Shown: one piece after another, positions 8,545 to 17,179 of the stretch
Layout of the letters: every line of letters starts with the position of its first letter
Position numbering within the stretch: position 1 is the stretch's first letter
Assembly (NCBI GenBank): GCA_963704705.1
Contig: OY969931.1
Location: forward strand, 1,140,001-1,172,000
DNA length: 32,000 bases
Direction: 5' to 3'
Source of the DNA: an uncultured bacterium
Lineage (GTDB): Bacteria > Patescibacteriota > Gracilibacteria > UBA1369 > PNNO01
Notes under the pieces: model-generated
What the model saw: the letters and a program-made list of their open reading frames with translations, nothing else
Database searches by the model: none
What the model was told of the DNA's origin: nothing
Translations under genes and position numbers: made by a program

Positions 8545-8898
8545 ATGCGTCATCAAAATCGAATCAGAAAAATCGGAACAGACCACTCTCACAGAAAATC
8601 TTTAATTAGAAATCTGGCTATGAATGTTGTAATTCATGAAAAGATTAAAACAACTTTAACCAGAGCAAAAGCTGTTCAGCCTTTTGTAGAAAGAATTATC
8701 GGAATCGGGAAAAAAGAGAATAAATTACATGTAATAAGAGAATTAAACAAACTTGTTAACCACGAAAATGCCAGCAAAAAAATTATGGAAGTGTTGGCAG
8801 ACAAGTATAAAGACAGAAATTCCGGTTATACCAGAATTACAAAAGCAGGCTTTAGAGCCGGCGACAACGCATCAATGGTTTATTTAGAACTTGTATAA
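8545..8898 (+). CDS. rplQ: 50S ribosomal protein L17
   Basis: MRHQNRIRKIGTDHSHRKSLIRNLA...GYTRITKAGFRAGDNASMVYLELV is the L17 signature. It follows rpoA. Confidence 0.94.
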   Translation: MRHQNRIRKIGTDHSHRKSLIRNLAMNVVIHEKIKTTLTRAKAVQPFVERIIGIGKKENKLHVIRELNKLVNHENASKKIMEVLADKYKDRNSGYTRITKAGFRAGDNASMVYLELV

Positions 8899-8942
8899 CG
8901 GACGCGAGCGCAAGCGAGTGTCTATAAAAATAATCTAAGATA

Positions 8943-9368
8943 ATGAAAACTTATTCACCAAAAAAAGCAGATATTAACAGAAAGTGGTACCTTGTAGATG
9001 CTAAAGGGCAGACACTTGGAAGACTTGCAACAAAAGTAGCTGTTAAACTTAGAGGCAAAGATAAACCTCTTTTTGCTCCACACGTAGATTGCGGGGATTT
9101 TGTTGTTGTAATCAATGCAGCTGAAGTTGCGGTTACAGGAAATAAAATGGATCAAAAAATGTATTACAGACATAGTGGTTATCCGGGTGCAATTAAAAAG
9201 ACTCCTCTTAAAAAGATGATTCAGTTAAAACCTGAAAGCGTAATTGAAAAAGCTGTTGAAGGAATGATCCCCGGAAACAGACTTAGAAAAGATATACTCA
9301 AAAAACTTAAAGTTTATGCAGGATCAGAACATCCGCATGAAGCACAAAAACCTGAAATTTTAACTTAA
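8943..9368 (+). CDS. rplM: 50S ribosomal protein L13
   Basis: [47 protein letters not shown] is the L13 signature. Confidence 0.95.
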   Translation: MKTYSPKKADINRKWYLVDAKGQTLGRLATKVAVKLRGKDKPLFAPHVDCGDFVVVINAAEVAVTGNKMDQKMYYRHSGYPGAIKKTPLKKMIQLKPESVIEKAVEGMIPGNRLRKDILKKLKVYAGSEHPHEAQKPEILT

Positions 9369-9375
9369 TTTTAAT

Positions 9376-9795
9376 ATGCCAGCACAGCCTAAAACTAAAA
9401 AGAAGAATAATTATCATTACGCTAACGGAAAGCGAAAATCATCTATTGCCCGTGTAAGATTAATTCCGGGTGGTAAAGGTGATATCACTATTAATGACAA
9501 AACACTAAAAGAATTTTGTTGTGTTAAGGCTCAAATGGATTGCATTGTTGCACCACTTGAATTATGCGGACTTTCAGGCAAAGTTGATATTACAGTAAAA
9601 GTATTCGGCGGAGGATTCAATGCTCAGGCAGAAGCTATTCGTCATGGAATTTCACGCGCATTGATTGAACTTGATGACGCAAACAGAGTAAGTCTTAAAA
9701 AAGCCGGATTCGTTACAAGAGATTCAAGAATCAAAGAAAGAAAGAAATACGGATTAAAAAGAGCACGTAGAGCTCCACAATTCAGTAAGAGATAA
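9376..9795 (+). CDS. rpsI: 30S ribosomal protein S9
   Basis: [12 protein letters not shown]...[19 protein letters not shown]...[26 protein letters not shown] is the S9 signature. It forms the usual rplM-rpsI pair. Confidence 0.95.
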   Translation: MPAQPKTKKKNNYHYANGKRKSSIARVRLIPGGKGDITINDKTLKEFCCVKAQMDCIVAPLELCGLSGKVDITVKVFGGGFNAQAEAIRHGISRALIELDDANRVSLKKAGFVTRDSRIKERKKYGLKRARRAPQFSKR

Positions 9796-9820
9796 TTTAA
9801 GCTCATTTCAATTTACATTT

Positions 9821-9841
9821 CCGTCCCGGGACGGGATTTTG
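9821..9841 (+). terminator. Rho-independent terminator after rpsI
   Basis: Perfect palindrome CCGTCCCGGGACGG followed by GATTTTG. Confidence 0.7.
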
Positions 9842-9912
9842 CTAATTGCCAAATAAGCCCTAGTTAATGCGTGAAATCAAACTTTAACGCTTCAGCACCT
9901 GAAAATTCATAT

Positions 9913-9942
9913 ATGACAATATGTCAAAAATAATGGTATAAA
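9913..9942 (+). promoter_or_regulatory. Putative trmD promoter (ATGACA-N18-TATAAA)
   Basis: It lies between the rpsI terminator and trmD and contains the inverted repeat TGACA-ATA-TGTCA. Confidence 0.4.
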
Positions 9943-9966
9943 GATTGCAGTCATAATAAATAATAC

Positions 9967-10614
9967 ATGCGATTTGATATCTGCACTCTATTCCCTGAAA
10001 TGTTTAAGTCTTATTTGGACGAAAGCATTCTTAAACGCGCACAGAAAGCGGGATTGCTTGAAGTGCATTTTCATAATATCCGTGATTTCAGCAAAGATAA
10101 GCATAAAAAAGTTGATGATACACCTTATGGCGGAGGAGCAGGAATGCTTATGACTCCCCAACCCCTTTATGATTGCATAACAACGGTTAAAAAGCTTAAT
10201 AAAGGGCCGGTTATTTTCATGACACCTCAGGGTTCAAAATTGACCCATACACGCACGAAAAGGTTCGCAAAGCATTACGACTCATTAATTATTGTATGCG
10301 GCCGATACGAAGGTATAGATCAACGAATTCGCGATCTTTTAATTGATGAGGAGATATCGATTGGAGATTATGTTTTAACGGGCGGAGAATTACCTGCAAT
10401 GGTGTTTATTGATACGGTGGCGCGCTTTATTCCGGGAGTGCTTGGCGATGATAATTCAGCGGAGGAGGATTCGTTTAGTCGTCGTTTGGGCGGCAAAAAA
10501 GAATATCCTCATTATACAAAGCCAGCAGTCTTCAAAGGCCTGGAAGTGCCGGAAGTTTTGCGCAGCGGAAATCACGCGGAAATAGAAAAGTGGAGGAAGA
10601 GGCATTTGAGGTAA
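9967..10614 (+). CDS. trmD: tRNA (guanine37-N1)-methyltransferase
   Basis: Motifs include MRFDICTLFPEMF, CGRYEGIDQRIRD, SIGDYVLTGGELPAMVFIDTVAR and GNHAEIEKWR. These match TrmD (SPOUT knot). Confidence 0.93.
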   Translation: MRFDICTLFPEMFKSYLDESILKRAQKAGLLEVHFHNIRDFSKDKHKKVDDTPYGGGAGMLMTPQPLYDCITTVKKLNKGPVIFMTPQGSKLTHTRTKRFAKHYDSLIIVCGRYEGIDQRIRDLLIDEEISIGDYVLTGGELPAMVFIDTVARFIPGVLGDDNSAEEDSFSRRLGGKKEYPHYTKPAVFKGLEVPEVLRSGNHAEIEKWRKRHLR

Positions 10615-12336
10615 CTATTCCTTAAACTCCACTTGATACATTTTACTTAAAAATTCAAGCATTGCTGCTCGTACAGTTGCAGGATCTTTCCCGTTTCCAA
10701 ACAATCTATGATTTAATTGTTTGAGTCGTACACCTTTAAACCTAAAAGTGTATATTTCTTTCTTATCTTCACAATTCAGAAAATACTCAAAATCTGGATT
10801 CGCTTTAACAAATTCTATTCTCCACTTTTCATTATCCCAATTTTTAGTTTCTTTTTTATATCTTTTTAATTCTAATTGTTCTTCAATACATTGATGGCCT
10901 TGACCATAAATCAATTCAGCAAATTCAGCTAAAACAATTTTACTTGAAGTTATATTTTTAACTCTTCTATTAAATAATATATGTGCAATTTCAAGTAATC
11001 CTTTCCCTTCAATTCTAAAATTTCTCATTTCTTCACCAGTCATCGCCATAAATTCTTCTGCGGTTTTTTTGTATAACATTATTTCTTGTATCCATCTCTC
11101 TTTCGACCAATCTCCTGTATCTTTATTTAAATCAACTTTCTTTAAATATTCTTCTAAGGTTTTAGTTCTAACCGGATGAACCATATCCAAAAATACCGCT
11201 AAGTCATTATTTGAACTCGTTGGTCTAATTTTTTTATTTCCAATTAAGATTTTAGCAACAGCATCCAAATTCATCCCAAATACAACCAAAGATCTCCTAT
11301 TACCTTTAGGATTCTCGAACAATTCATCAGGGTTAGGGTATTTATCAATAAAAGCTTGTCTTTGTTCTGCCAGTGTCATTTCTTTAAACTCTTCAGCTTG
11401 AATGGAATATTCTCGAAGCATTTTTAATTCTGCTTCGTACTTTTCTCCTAAATCTCTATAAACAACTTTAGCAAATGTCAGTCTAAGCAATCTGTTTTTT
11501 GCTATTTTTAATCCACTTTGACCTAATACAACGGTTCCAACTCTTGTTATATTTTTTCCATAAAAAAACAAATTATCTAATGTTTTACTTTTAACTTCAA
11601 TGAAGGCTTCAGCAGTTTTAAATTTTGCTTTTACGGCATCTATATAGTCTTTAACTAATTCTGAATGCAGTTCTTCGGAACTTTTATCAGAATCAGCTAA
11701 ATTTGTAAGTAAATCCAAATGTATATTTCTTCTGAAACCATGTGGTGCACTTCTTCTAAATTGTCTTCTTGTTGCCCCAAATTTAATTTGTAATTCATCT
11801 TTGGTACTATTAAAAATCTTTTCCGGTTCATTTTGGCCACCAATTACAAATGTTGATTGTTCATGTTCAGGATTAATTAAAACTACCGAGTTTAATTCTG
11901 GAATATCAAAATATAAATAACTTCTCTTTATTGAACCTGCAGGTGCTATACCTTCTATAACACTTACTGTTTTAAAGTTTATTTCTAATCCTTCTAAAAC
12001 TTTGATTAATTCTTTTATTTTTGTTAATCCAAGATCAACTTTCTTTAATTTCTCACTTGATTTAGCTGTTTCATCTATTTGTTGTTCTGAATCTTTTTCC
12101 CCTGGTTTAACAATTACATTTTCTGTTTTAATGTAGTTTATTTTACTTCCCTCTAATAATTCCATTAAATTTGTATCTAAAACAGCATTTATTTTTTTTT
12201 CAATTTCAATTAAAAGATTTTCTATTAATTGAATCTGCATCTCGACATTACTTGAAGTCGGATCTATTGAATCAATCATTTCTCCAATACTCTGAATTGC
12301 AAAGCTGATTTGTTCTTGAGTTTCTGTAATAGCCAT
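10615..12336 (-). CDS. Orphan 573-aa protein: coiled-coil N-terminus plus about four degenerate ~60-90 aa C-terminal repeats
   Basis: Long uninterrupted ORF with host-like AT-rich composition. The internal repeats were seen by eye (details in findings). No family was recognised. Confidence 0.7.
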   Translation of the reverse strand: MAITETQEQISFAIQSIGEMIDSIDPTSSNVEMQIQLIENLLIEIEKKINAVLDTNLMELLEGSKINYIKTENVIVKPGEKDSEQQIDETAKSSEKLKKVDLGLTKIKELIKVLEGLEINFKTVSVIEGIAPAGSIKRSYLYFDIPELNSVVLINPEHEQSTFVIGGQNEPEKIFNSTKDELQIKFGATRRQFRRSAPHGFRRNIHLDLLTNLADSDKSSEELHSELVKDYIDAVKAKFKTAEAFIEVKSKTLDNLFFYGKNITRVGTVVLGQSGLKIAKNRLLRLTFAKVVYRDLGEKYEAELKMLREYSIQAEEFKEMTLAEQRQAFIDKYPNPDELFENPKGNRRSLVVFGMNLDAVAKILIGNKKIRPTSSNNDLAVFLDMVHPVRTKTLEEYLKKVDLNKDTGDWSKERWIQEIMLYKKTAEEFMAMTGEEMRNFRIEGKGLLEIAHILFNRRVKNITSSKIVLAEFAELIYGQGHQCIEEQLELKRYKKETKNWDNEKWRIEFVKANPDFEYFLNCEDKKEIYTFRFKGVRLKQLNHRLFGNGKDPATVRAAMLEFLSKMYQVEFKE

Positions 12337-12363
12337 TTTTTTATATTACAAAATGGCTATTAC
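12326..12363. promoter_or_regulatory. Perfect 14-bp inverted repeat (GTAATAGCCATTTT-10 nt-AAAATGGCTATTAC) spanning the start codon and -10-like box of the 573-aa gene
   Basis: One arm contains the ATG plus the first 8 coding nt. The loop contains TAATAT. Confidence 0.6.
12343..12348 (-). promoter_or_regulatory. -10-like TAATAT, 6 nt before the ATG of the 573-aa gene
   Basis: Read directly. It fits the recurrent N6 pattern. Confidence 0.35.
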
Positions 12364-12394
12364 CGTACAGCAAAAAGGGCAATCTGTCAAGCAG

Positions 12395-12766
12395 CTATCC
12401 ATTAAACTCTTCAAAACCGAATTTCTCGCTCAAATCCGCAAGCATATGTTTTAAACCTTTTATTAAATGATTTAAATCTTCATCTGATAATGCTTCGATA
12501 TTGGGATTTTCCTTGATTTTTTTATGTAATTTCTCGAATTTATCCAAGATATGTTCATGATTTTCAAAAAATTGATCCAATTTATCGCAATATTCCTTTG
12601 CAACACCTATAAAGCATTGCTTGATAGCATCTAAATTTTCCTCAATTTGCATCCATGCCCAAAAAAAATGCTCTTTATCGCGGCTTTCGATTACTCCGAG
12701 CATTTGCTTTATGTTGTCAGCTGCCATATACAGCTTTTGGCGTTCCTGTTTTAATAAATCTTCCAT
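12395..12766 (-). CDS. Orphan 123-aa acidic helical protein
   Basis: Clean ORF immediately upstream of, and co-oriented with, the 573-aa gene. A -10-like TAAAAT lies 6 nt before the ATG. No family was recognised. Confidence 0.6.
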   Translation of the reverse strand: MEDLLKQERQKLYMAADNIKQMLGVIESRDKEHFFWAWMQIEENLDAIKQCFIGVAKEYCDKLDQFFENHEHILDKFEKLHKKIKENPNIEALSDEDLNHLIKGLKHMLADLSEKFGFEEFNG

Positions 12767-12772
12767 ATTTAT

Positions 12773-12778
12773 ATTTTA
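12773..12778 (-). promoter_or_regulatory. -10-like TAAAAT, 6 nt before the ATG of the 123-aa gene
   Basis: Read directly. It fits the recurrent N6 pattern. Confidence 0.4.
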
Positions 12779-12813
12779 ACCAATAAAATTATTTTCTGCC
12801 ACCTCTTATAGTG

Positions 12814-12842
12814 GTGACAAGCTAAAAAATCCATGTTATAAT
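12814..12842 (+). promoter_or_regulatory. Promoter GTGACA-N17-TATAAT with the ATPase ATG exactly 6 nt downstream (leaderless geometry)
   Basis: The hexamers, spacer and distance to the ATG at 12849 were counted base by base. Confidence 0.6.
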
Positions 12843-12848
12843 ATACTA

Positions 12849-15662
12849 ATGGAAACAAAAACAATCGAGCAAATCTATAAAGAATTAAACACATCAGCTG
12901 AAGGGCTAAGTTCTTCTGAAGCTGCTTCGCGTATTGAAAAATATGGTAAAAACGAACTTAAAACAAAAAAGAAAACACCATGGTGGGTTGCGTTTTTAAA
13001 GGAATTTGCAGATTTAATGGTAATTATCCTTATAATTGCCGCTGTTTTTGCTTATTTTGCAGGTGATACAAGAGACGCAGTAGTGATCTTCTTTATAGTA
13101 CTTTTAAATGCAATTATAGGCTACATTCAGGAATATAAAGCTGAAAAAGCAATTGAAGCACTTAAAAAAATGATGGCTCCAAATGCAAGAGTGATAAGAG
13201 GAGGCAAAGAAATTGAGATTAATGCCAAACTTCTAGTTCCGGGTGACATTATTGTTCTTCAGGAAGGGGACAAAATAACTGCCGATGCCAGAGTTATTGA
13301 AGAAAATGAGCTTGAAACACAGGAAGCAACTCTTACAGGCGAATCGACTCCGGTTTCAAAGCATTCAGAGCCCGGCGACCCATCAAACTTAATTTACATG
13401 GGAACAGATGTGGCTCATGGAAGCGGTAAAGCGGTTGTTATTAGTACTGGAATGCAAACCAAGTTCGGAAACATAGCAAAGCTAACTACTCAGACAAAAA
13501 AAGATAAAACCCCTCTTGAAAAAGAATTATTCAAACTTGGTATGTTCGTTGGAAAAATCACTTTGGTAATTTCAGCCATACTTATAGCGGTTGGTATTTT
13601 TATTCAGGGGCAAGACATTATATATGCATTTATATTTGCTGCTTCTGTTGCCGTTGCTGCAGTGCCTGAAGGTCTGCCTGCCACTGTAACCATAGCACTT
13701 GCATTTGGTGTTCAGCGTCTGGCTAAGAAAAAAAGTATTATCAGGCAGCTTTCATCGGTAGAAACTTTAGGTTCAACAACACATATTTGTACAGATAAAA
13801 CAGGCACGCTCACAAAAAATGAAATGACTGTTAAAAAAGTATATTTAAATGAATATGATGCACAGGTTGGCGGAGTGGGTTATATGCCATGGGGAGCGGT
13901 TCTGTTTAAATCAAAAACAAAACATCATTTTTTAATTGGTGATATTGATTCGCAGGAAGAGGAATTTGAAAAGAGAAAAACACAACTTGAAAAAATAAAA
14001 GCAGATGAAAAATCACTTTATGATTCACTTGAGATGTTGGGTACGATTTGCAATCTTTGTAATAATGCAGCACTTACACCTGAAGAGAATGAAAATCATG
14101 AAAGGGTTTATACAATGCTTGGAGATCCCACTGAAGGCGCACTTCTTACATTTGCTCAAAAAATAGGATTTAATCCTGATGAAACAAAAGAGAAATATAA
14201 AAAACTTCATGAGCTGGCTTTTGATTCGGATAGAAAAAGAATGAGTGTGATTATGAAAGATAATAAAACAGAGAAAAATTATGTATTCACAAAGGGCGCT
14301 CCGGATGCGCTTTTGGAAATTTCCAAAAAGATTATGATTAATGGAAGGATTATTAATCTGGATGAAGAAACAAAGAAAAAAATCCTTGAGAAAAATGAAA
14401 ACATGGCAAAACAGGCTTTAAGGGTGATTGGCTTTGCTTATAAAGAAATAGAAAATAAAGATCATTTTTCAATTAAAGAAGACGAGAGTGATTTGGTTTT
14501 TGTAGGATTGGTGGGAATGATTGATCCGCCAAGACGCGATATTAAAAGAGCCATTGTTCTGGCAAAAAAAGCCGGAATTAAAGTTTATATTGTAACCGGA
14601 GATCAGGGTCTTACTGCTGAAGCTATAGCAAAACAAATAGGTCTTGTTAATCATGGAGGCCATGAAATAATAACAGGCAAAGACCTCGCTGCAATGAAAG
14701 ACGAAGATCTGATAAAGATTTTTAAAGATCAGGAAAAAGAAGTTATTTTTGCAAGAACTTCGCCTGAAGACAAGCTTAGAATTGTTTCTTTATTAAAGAG
14801 CTTAGACCATGTTGTTGCTGTGACAGGTGACGGAGTAAATGACGCTCCTGCACTTAAACGTGCTGACATAGGTATTGCGATGGGTTTAACTGGAACAGAT
14901 GTTTCAAAAGAAGCATCTAATATGATACTTGCGGATGACAGCTTCTCAACAATAATTACCGCTGTTCAGGAAGGCCGCACGATTTATGAAAACCTTAAAA
15001 AATTCGTATTCTATATATTTAGTTGTAACACAGGTGAATTGATAGTTGTATTTAGTGCGGTTGTTTTTGCAATACCGGCACCTTTAACTGCAATTCTTAT
15101 TTTATGTGTTGATCTTGGAACAGATGTATTACCTGCGCTTGCGTTGGGTGTTGATCCTCCTGAAAAAGGCATTATGGAACTGCCGCCGCGTAGTCCAAAA
15201 GCTAAGATTATGGATCGCGCATTTATAGGCAGATTCCTTTATTTGGGATTATTCATTGGAGCAATTGTGGTTGGAACATACTTCTGGTCGCTATTTGAAC
15301 AGGGATGGCACTGGGGTGAGCCTCTTGCTGTAACAGATACAATGCATATAAAATCTTCAACATTTGCATTTGCGATTCTGGTATTAATTCAGATGGTTAA
15401 TGCTTATAACTCAAGAAGTTCAGTTAGATCGGTTTTTCAGATGGGATTCTTTAATAATTTATGGCTCTTGGGTTCTGTGGCTATTTCAGTTGCAACGGTT
15501 TACATGCTCGTTGAAGTACCTTTCTTTAATACATGGATTCACACTGCACCACTTGCATGGTATGAATGGCTTGTAATTATAGTCGGCTCATTCGCAATAC
15601 TGGTGGTTGAAGAAATACGTAAATTGGTGGTACGATTACGCATGCGTACAGTTAAATCATAA
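12849..15662 (+). CDS. P-type II (SERCA-like) cation-transporting ATPase, probably Ca2+
   Basis: Motifs include TGES, ICTDKTGTLT (phosphorylation site), TGDGVNDAPALK, the M4 motif PEGLP, M5 NTGE and M6 DLGTD. They resemble the Ca2+-site residues of P2A ATPases. Confidence 0.93.
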   Translation: METKTIEQIYKELNTSAEGLSSSEAASRIEKYGKNELKTKKKTPWWVAFLKEFADLMVIILIIAAVFAYFAGDTRDAVVIFFIVLLNAIIGYIQEYKAEKAIEALKKMMAPNARVIRGGKEIEINAKLLVPGDIIVLQEGDKITADARVIEENELETQEATLTGESTPVSKHSEPGDPSNLIYMGTDVAHGSGKAVVISTGMQTKFGNIAKLTTQTKKDKTPLEKELFKLGMFVGKITLVISAILIAVGIFIQGQDIIYAFIFAASVAVAAVPEGLPATVTIALAFGVQRLAKKKSIIRQLSSVETLGSTTHICTDKTGTLTKNEMTVKKVYLNEYDAQVGGVGYMPWGAVLFKSKTKHHFLIGDIDSQEEEFEKRKTQLEKIKADEKSLYDSLEMLGTICNLCNNAALTPEENENHERVYTMLGDPTEGALLTFAQKIGFNPDETKEKYKKLHELAFDSDRKRMSVIMKDNKTEKNYVFTKGAPDALLEISKKIMINGRIINLDEETKKKILEKNENMAKQALRVIGFAYKEIENKDHFSIKEDESDLVFVGLVGMIDPPRRDIKRAIVLAKKAGIKVYIVTGDQGLTAEAIAKQIGLVNHGGHEIITGKDLAAMKDEDLIKIFKDQEKEVIFARTSPEDKLRIVSLLKSLDHVVAVTGDGVNDAPALKRADIGIAMGLTGTDVSKEASNMILADDSFSTIITAVQEGRTIYENLKKFVFYIFSCNTGELIVVFSAVVFAIPAPLTAILILCVDLGTDVLPALALGVDPPEKGIMELPPRSPKAKIMDRAFIGRFLYLGLFIGAIVVGTYFWSLFEQGWHWGEPLAVTDTMHIKSSTFAFAILVLIQMVNAYNSRSSVRSVFQMGFFNNLWLLGSVAISVATVYMLVEVPFFNTWIHTAPLAWYEWLVIIVGSFAILVVEEIRKLVVRLRMRTVKS

Positions 15663-15665
15663 AGC

Positions 15666-15890
15666 ATGTACTTAAGAATAAAAGTTCATCCTAAATCAAA
15701 AGATTCGGGAGTGTTCGACACAATGGAGGACGGCACTTTAAAAGTGCGCGTTAAAGCACCGCCTGAAAAAGGCAAAGCAAACAAAGAGGTAATAAAGGTA
15801 TTAGCCAAAAAATATGGTGTTAAAAAGAGCGAAGTTGAAATTGTGAGCGGGGCTACCGATCAGATCAAACTAATAAAAATCTCCAAATGA
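15666..15890 (+). CDS. DUF167 (YggU-like) small protein
   Basis: LKVRVKAPPEKGKANKEVIKVLAKKYGVKKSEVEIVSGATDQIKLIKI matches the DUF167 pattern. Its stop overlaps the rsmA start (ATGA). Confidence 0.8.
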   Translation: MYLRIKVHPKSKDSGVFDTMEDGTLKVRVKAPPEKGKANKEVIKVLAKKYGVKKSEVEIVSGATDQIKLIKISK

Positions 15891-16612
15891 TTCAGGCGAA
15901 AAAATCTTTAGGCCAGAATTTCTTGAAAGACCGTTCGGTTTTGATGAAAATTGTTGAAGCTGCGGAGCTAAGCGATTCGGATTATGTTGTTGAAGTCGGG
16001 CCCGGTAAAGGTGTGCTGACCCACGAGTTGATTGAACGAGCCGGTCACGTTACGGCGATTGAGCTTGATCACAGGCTAATTCCTGAATTAAGTAAAATTG
16101 AAGGTTTGGATTTGATTCATGGAAACGCTTTGGACTTTCAGCCACCTGAAGAACCTTATAAGGTTGTTGCCAATATCCCCTACTATATAACTTCGCCTTT
16201 GATTTCGCACTTTCTTGAAGCTAAAGTGCGGCCAACAAAAATGGTTTTGCTTGTTCAAAAAGAAGTTGCGGAAAAAATCTGCGCCGAACCCGGTGATATG
16301 AATGTTTTGTCGATTCATGTTCAGGTTTTTGGGAAGCCGAGGATTGTATGTAATGTTAAGGCTTCGGCATTTGATCCAGCGCCAAAGGTTGATTCCGCTG
16401 TAATTGTGATTGATGTTTATGAAAAGCCTTTGGTTGAAGATTACAAGAAGTTCTTCGGAGTTGTTCATCGCGCTTTTAGCGGTAAGCGAAAAAAGCTTTC
16501 AAATACATTGCGGGATTTAAAGCCGCGATTGATTGAACTTGGCTTTCAGGACTTAAGACCGGAAAGGCTTAGTGTTGATGATTGGAAAAAATTGGGGATT
16601 GGGCAGTTTTGA
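15887..16612 (+). CDS. rsmA: 16S rRNA (adenine1518/1519-N6)-dimethyltransferase
   Basis: KKSLGQNFLKD, SAM motif VVEVGPGKGVLT, and NIPYYITSP. Confidence 0.93.
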   Translation: MIQAKKSLGQNFLKDRSVLMKIVEAAELSDSDYVVEVGPGKGVLTHELIERAGHVTAIELDHRLIPELSKIEGLDLIHGNALDFQPPEEPYKVVANIPYYITSPLISHFLEAKVRPTKMVLLVQKEVAEKICAEPGDMNVLSIHVQVFGKPRIVCNVKASAFDPAPKVDSAVIVIDVYEKPLVEDYKKFFGVVHRAFSGKRKKLSNTLRDLKPRLIELGFQDLRPERLSVDDWKKLGIGQF

Positions 16613-16624
16613 GACTTGCCTAGG

Positions 16625-17017
16625 TCAGGTGGGGTCGTCGGTGAAGTCGAAGGACTGCTGGGGATCGTTGGCTCTGAGTTGCTGTTCGTGAAGTTCTGCG
16701 AACTTGGGCAAGCCGTACACGGCTATATAAACCATCGTCAGCAAAACAGAAATATTGATCGTGCCGGGGTCTGTTGAGGGACTAAAATATTCAGCCATCA
16801 GCAGCAAAAGAAGAATTGCCAGATAAATCAGTGAAGAGAATAGTCTGAAGCGCTGTCTGATGCTGACGATACAGATGACGAGACCGAAGCCCAGTTGCAC
16901 CTGAAGAGACAGCATCGTCTTCCACTCGAAGTAGTCATGCAAACTCGCAAAAATAAAGAGCGGAATGATCAGCCAAAAGGACCTGAAGGCAATCCTGGCG
17001 ATCTGCTTCGTGGACAT
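16625..17017 (-). CDS. Orphan 130-aa membrane protein (about four hydrophobic segments) in a GC-rich patch
   Basis: Hydrophobic ORF. A hand count of 16625-16700 gives about 58% G+C, against about 34% in nearby host genes. A purine-rich GAAGGGGA lies 6 nt before the ATG, and the gene has its own consensus promoter at 17147-17175. Confidence 0.6.
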   Translation of the reverse strand: MSTKQIARIAFRSFWLIIPLFIFASLHDYFEWKTMLSLQVQLGFGLVICIVSIRQRFRLFSSLIYLAILLLLLMAEYFSPSTDPGTINISVLLTMVYIAVYGLPKFAELHEQQLRANDPQQSFDFTDDPT

Positions 17018-17146
17018 TTTATATCCCCTTCCCGGAAGTTATTCAACTTCCTGCAGTTGTTGTTCGAATCAAAGAGCGACAGTAGTTAGGTTTATTTCAG
17101 CTAAACCAAAAGCAAAGCGATTACACCTTATACTACCTGAATTAAA

Positions 17147-17175
17147 ATTATGCATTACTATTGTTATTTTGTCAA
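17147..17175 (-). promoter_or_regulatory. Consensus promoter TTGACA-N17-CATAAT for the GC-rich 130-aa membrane gene
   Basis: It lies immediately downstream of the pyrF stop and is followed by a ~120-nt leader. That leader carries the hairpin GGAAGTT-GAAT-AACTTCC just before the SD. Confidence 0.65.
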
Positions 17176-17179
17176 CCTA

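Noticed and set aside
15887-15890. Alternative genetic code (UGA recoding, as in some CPR lineages)
   Set aside because: TGA clearly functions as a stop in ATGA-coupled gene pairs (DUF167/rsmA, pyrB/pyrC, pyrD/pyrK). All conserved genes are full length under code 11.
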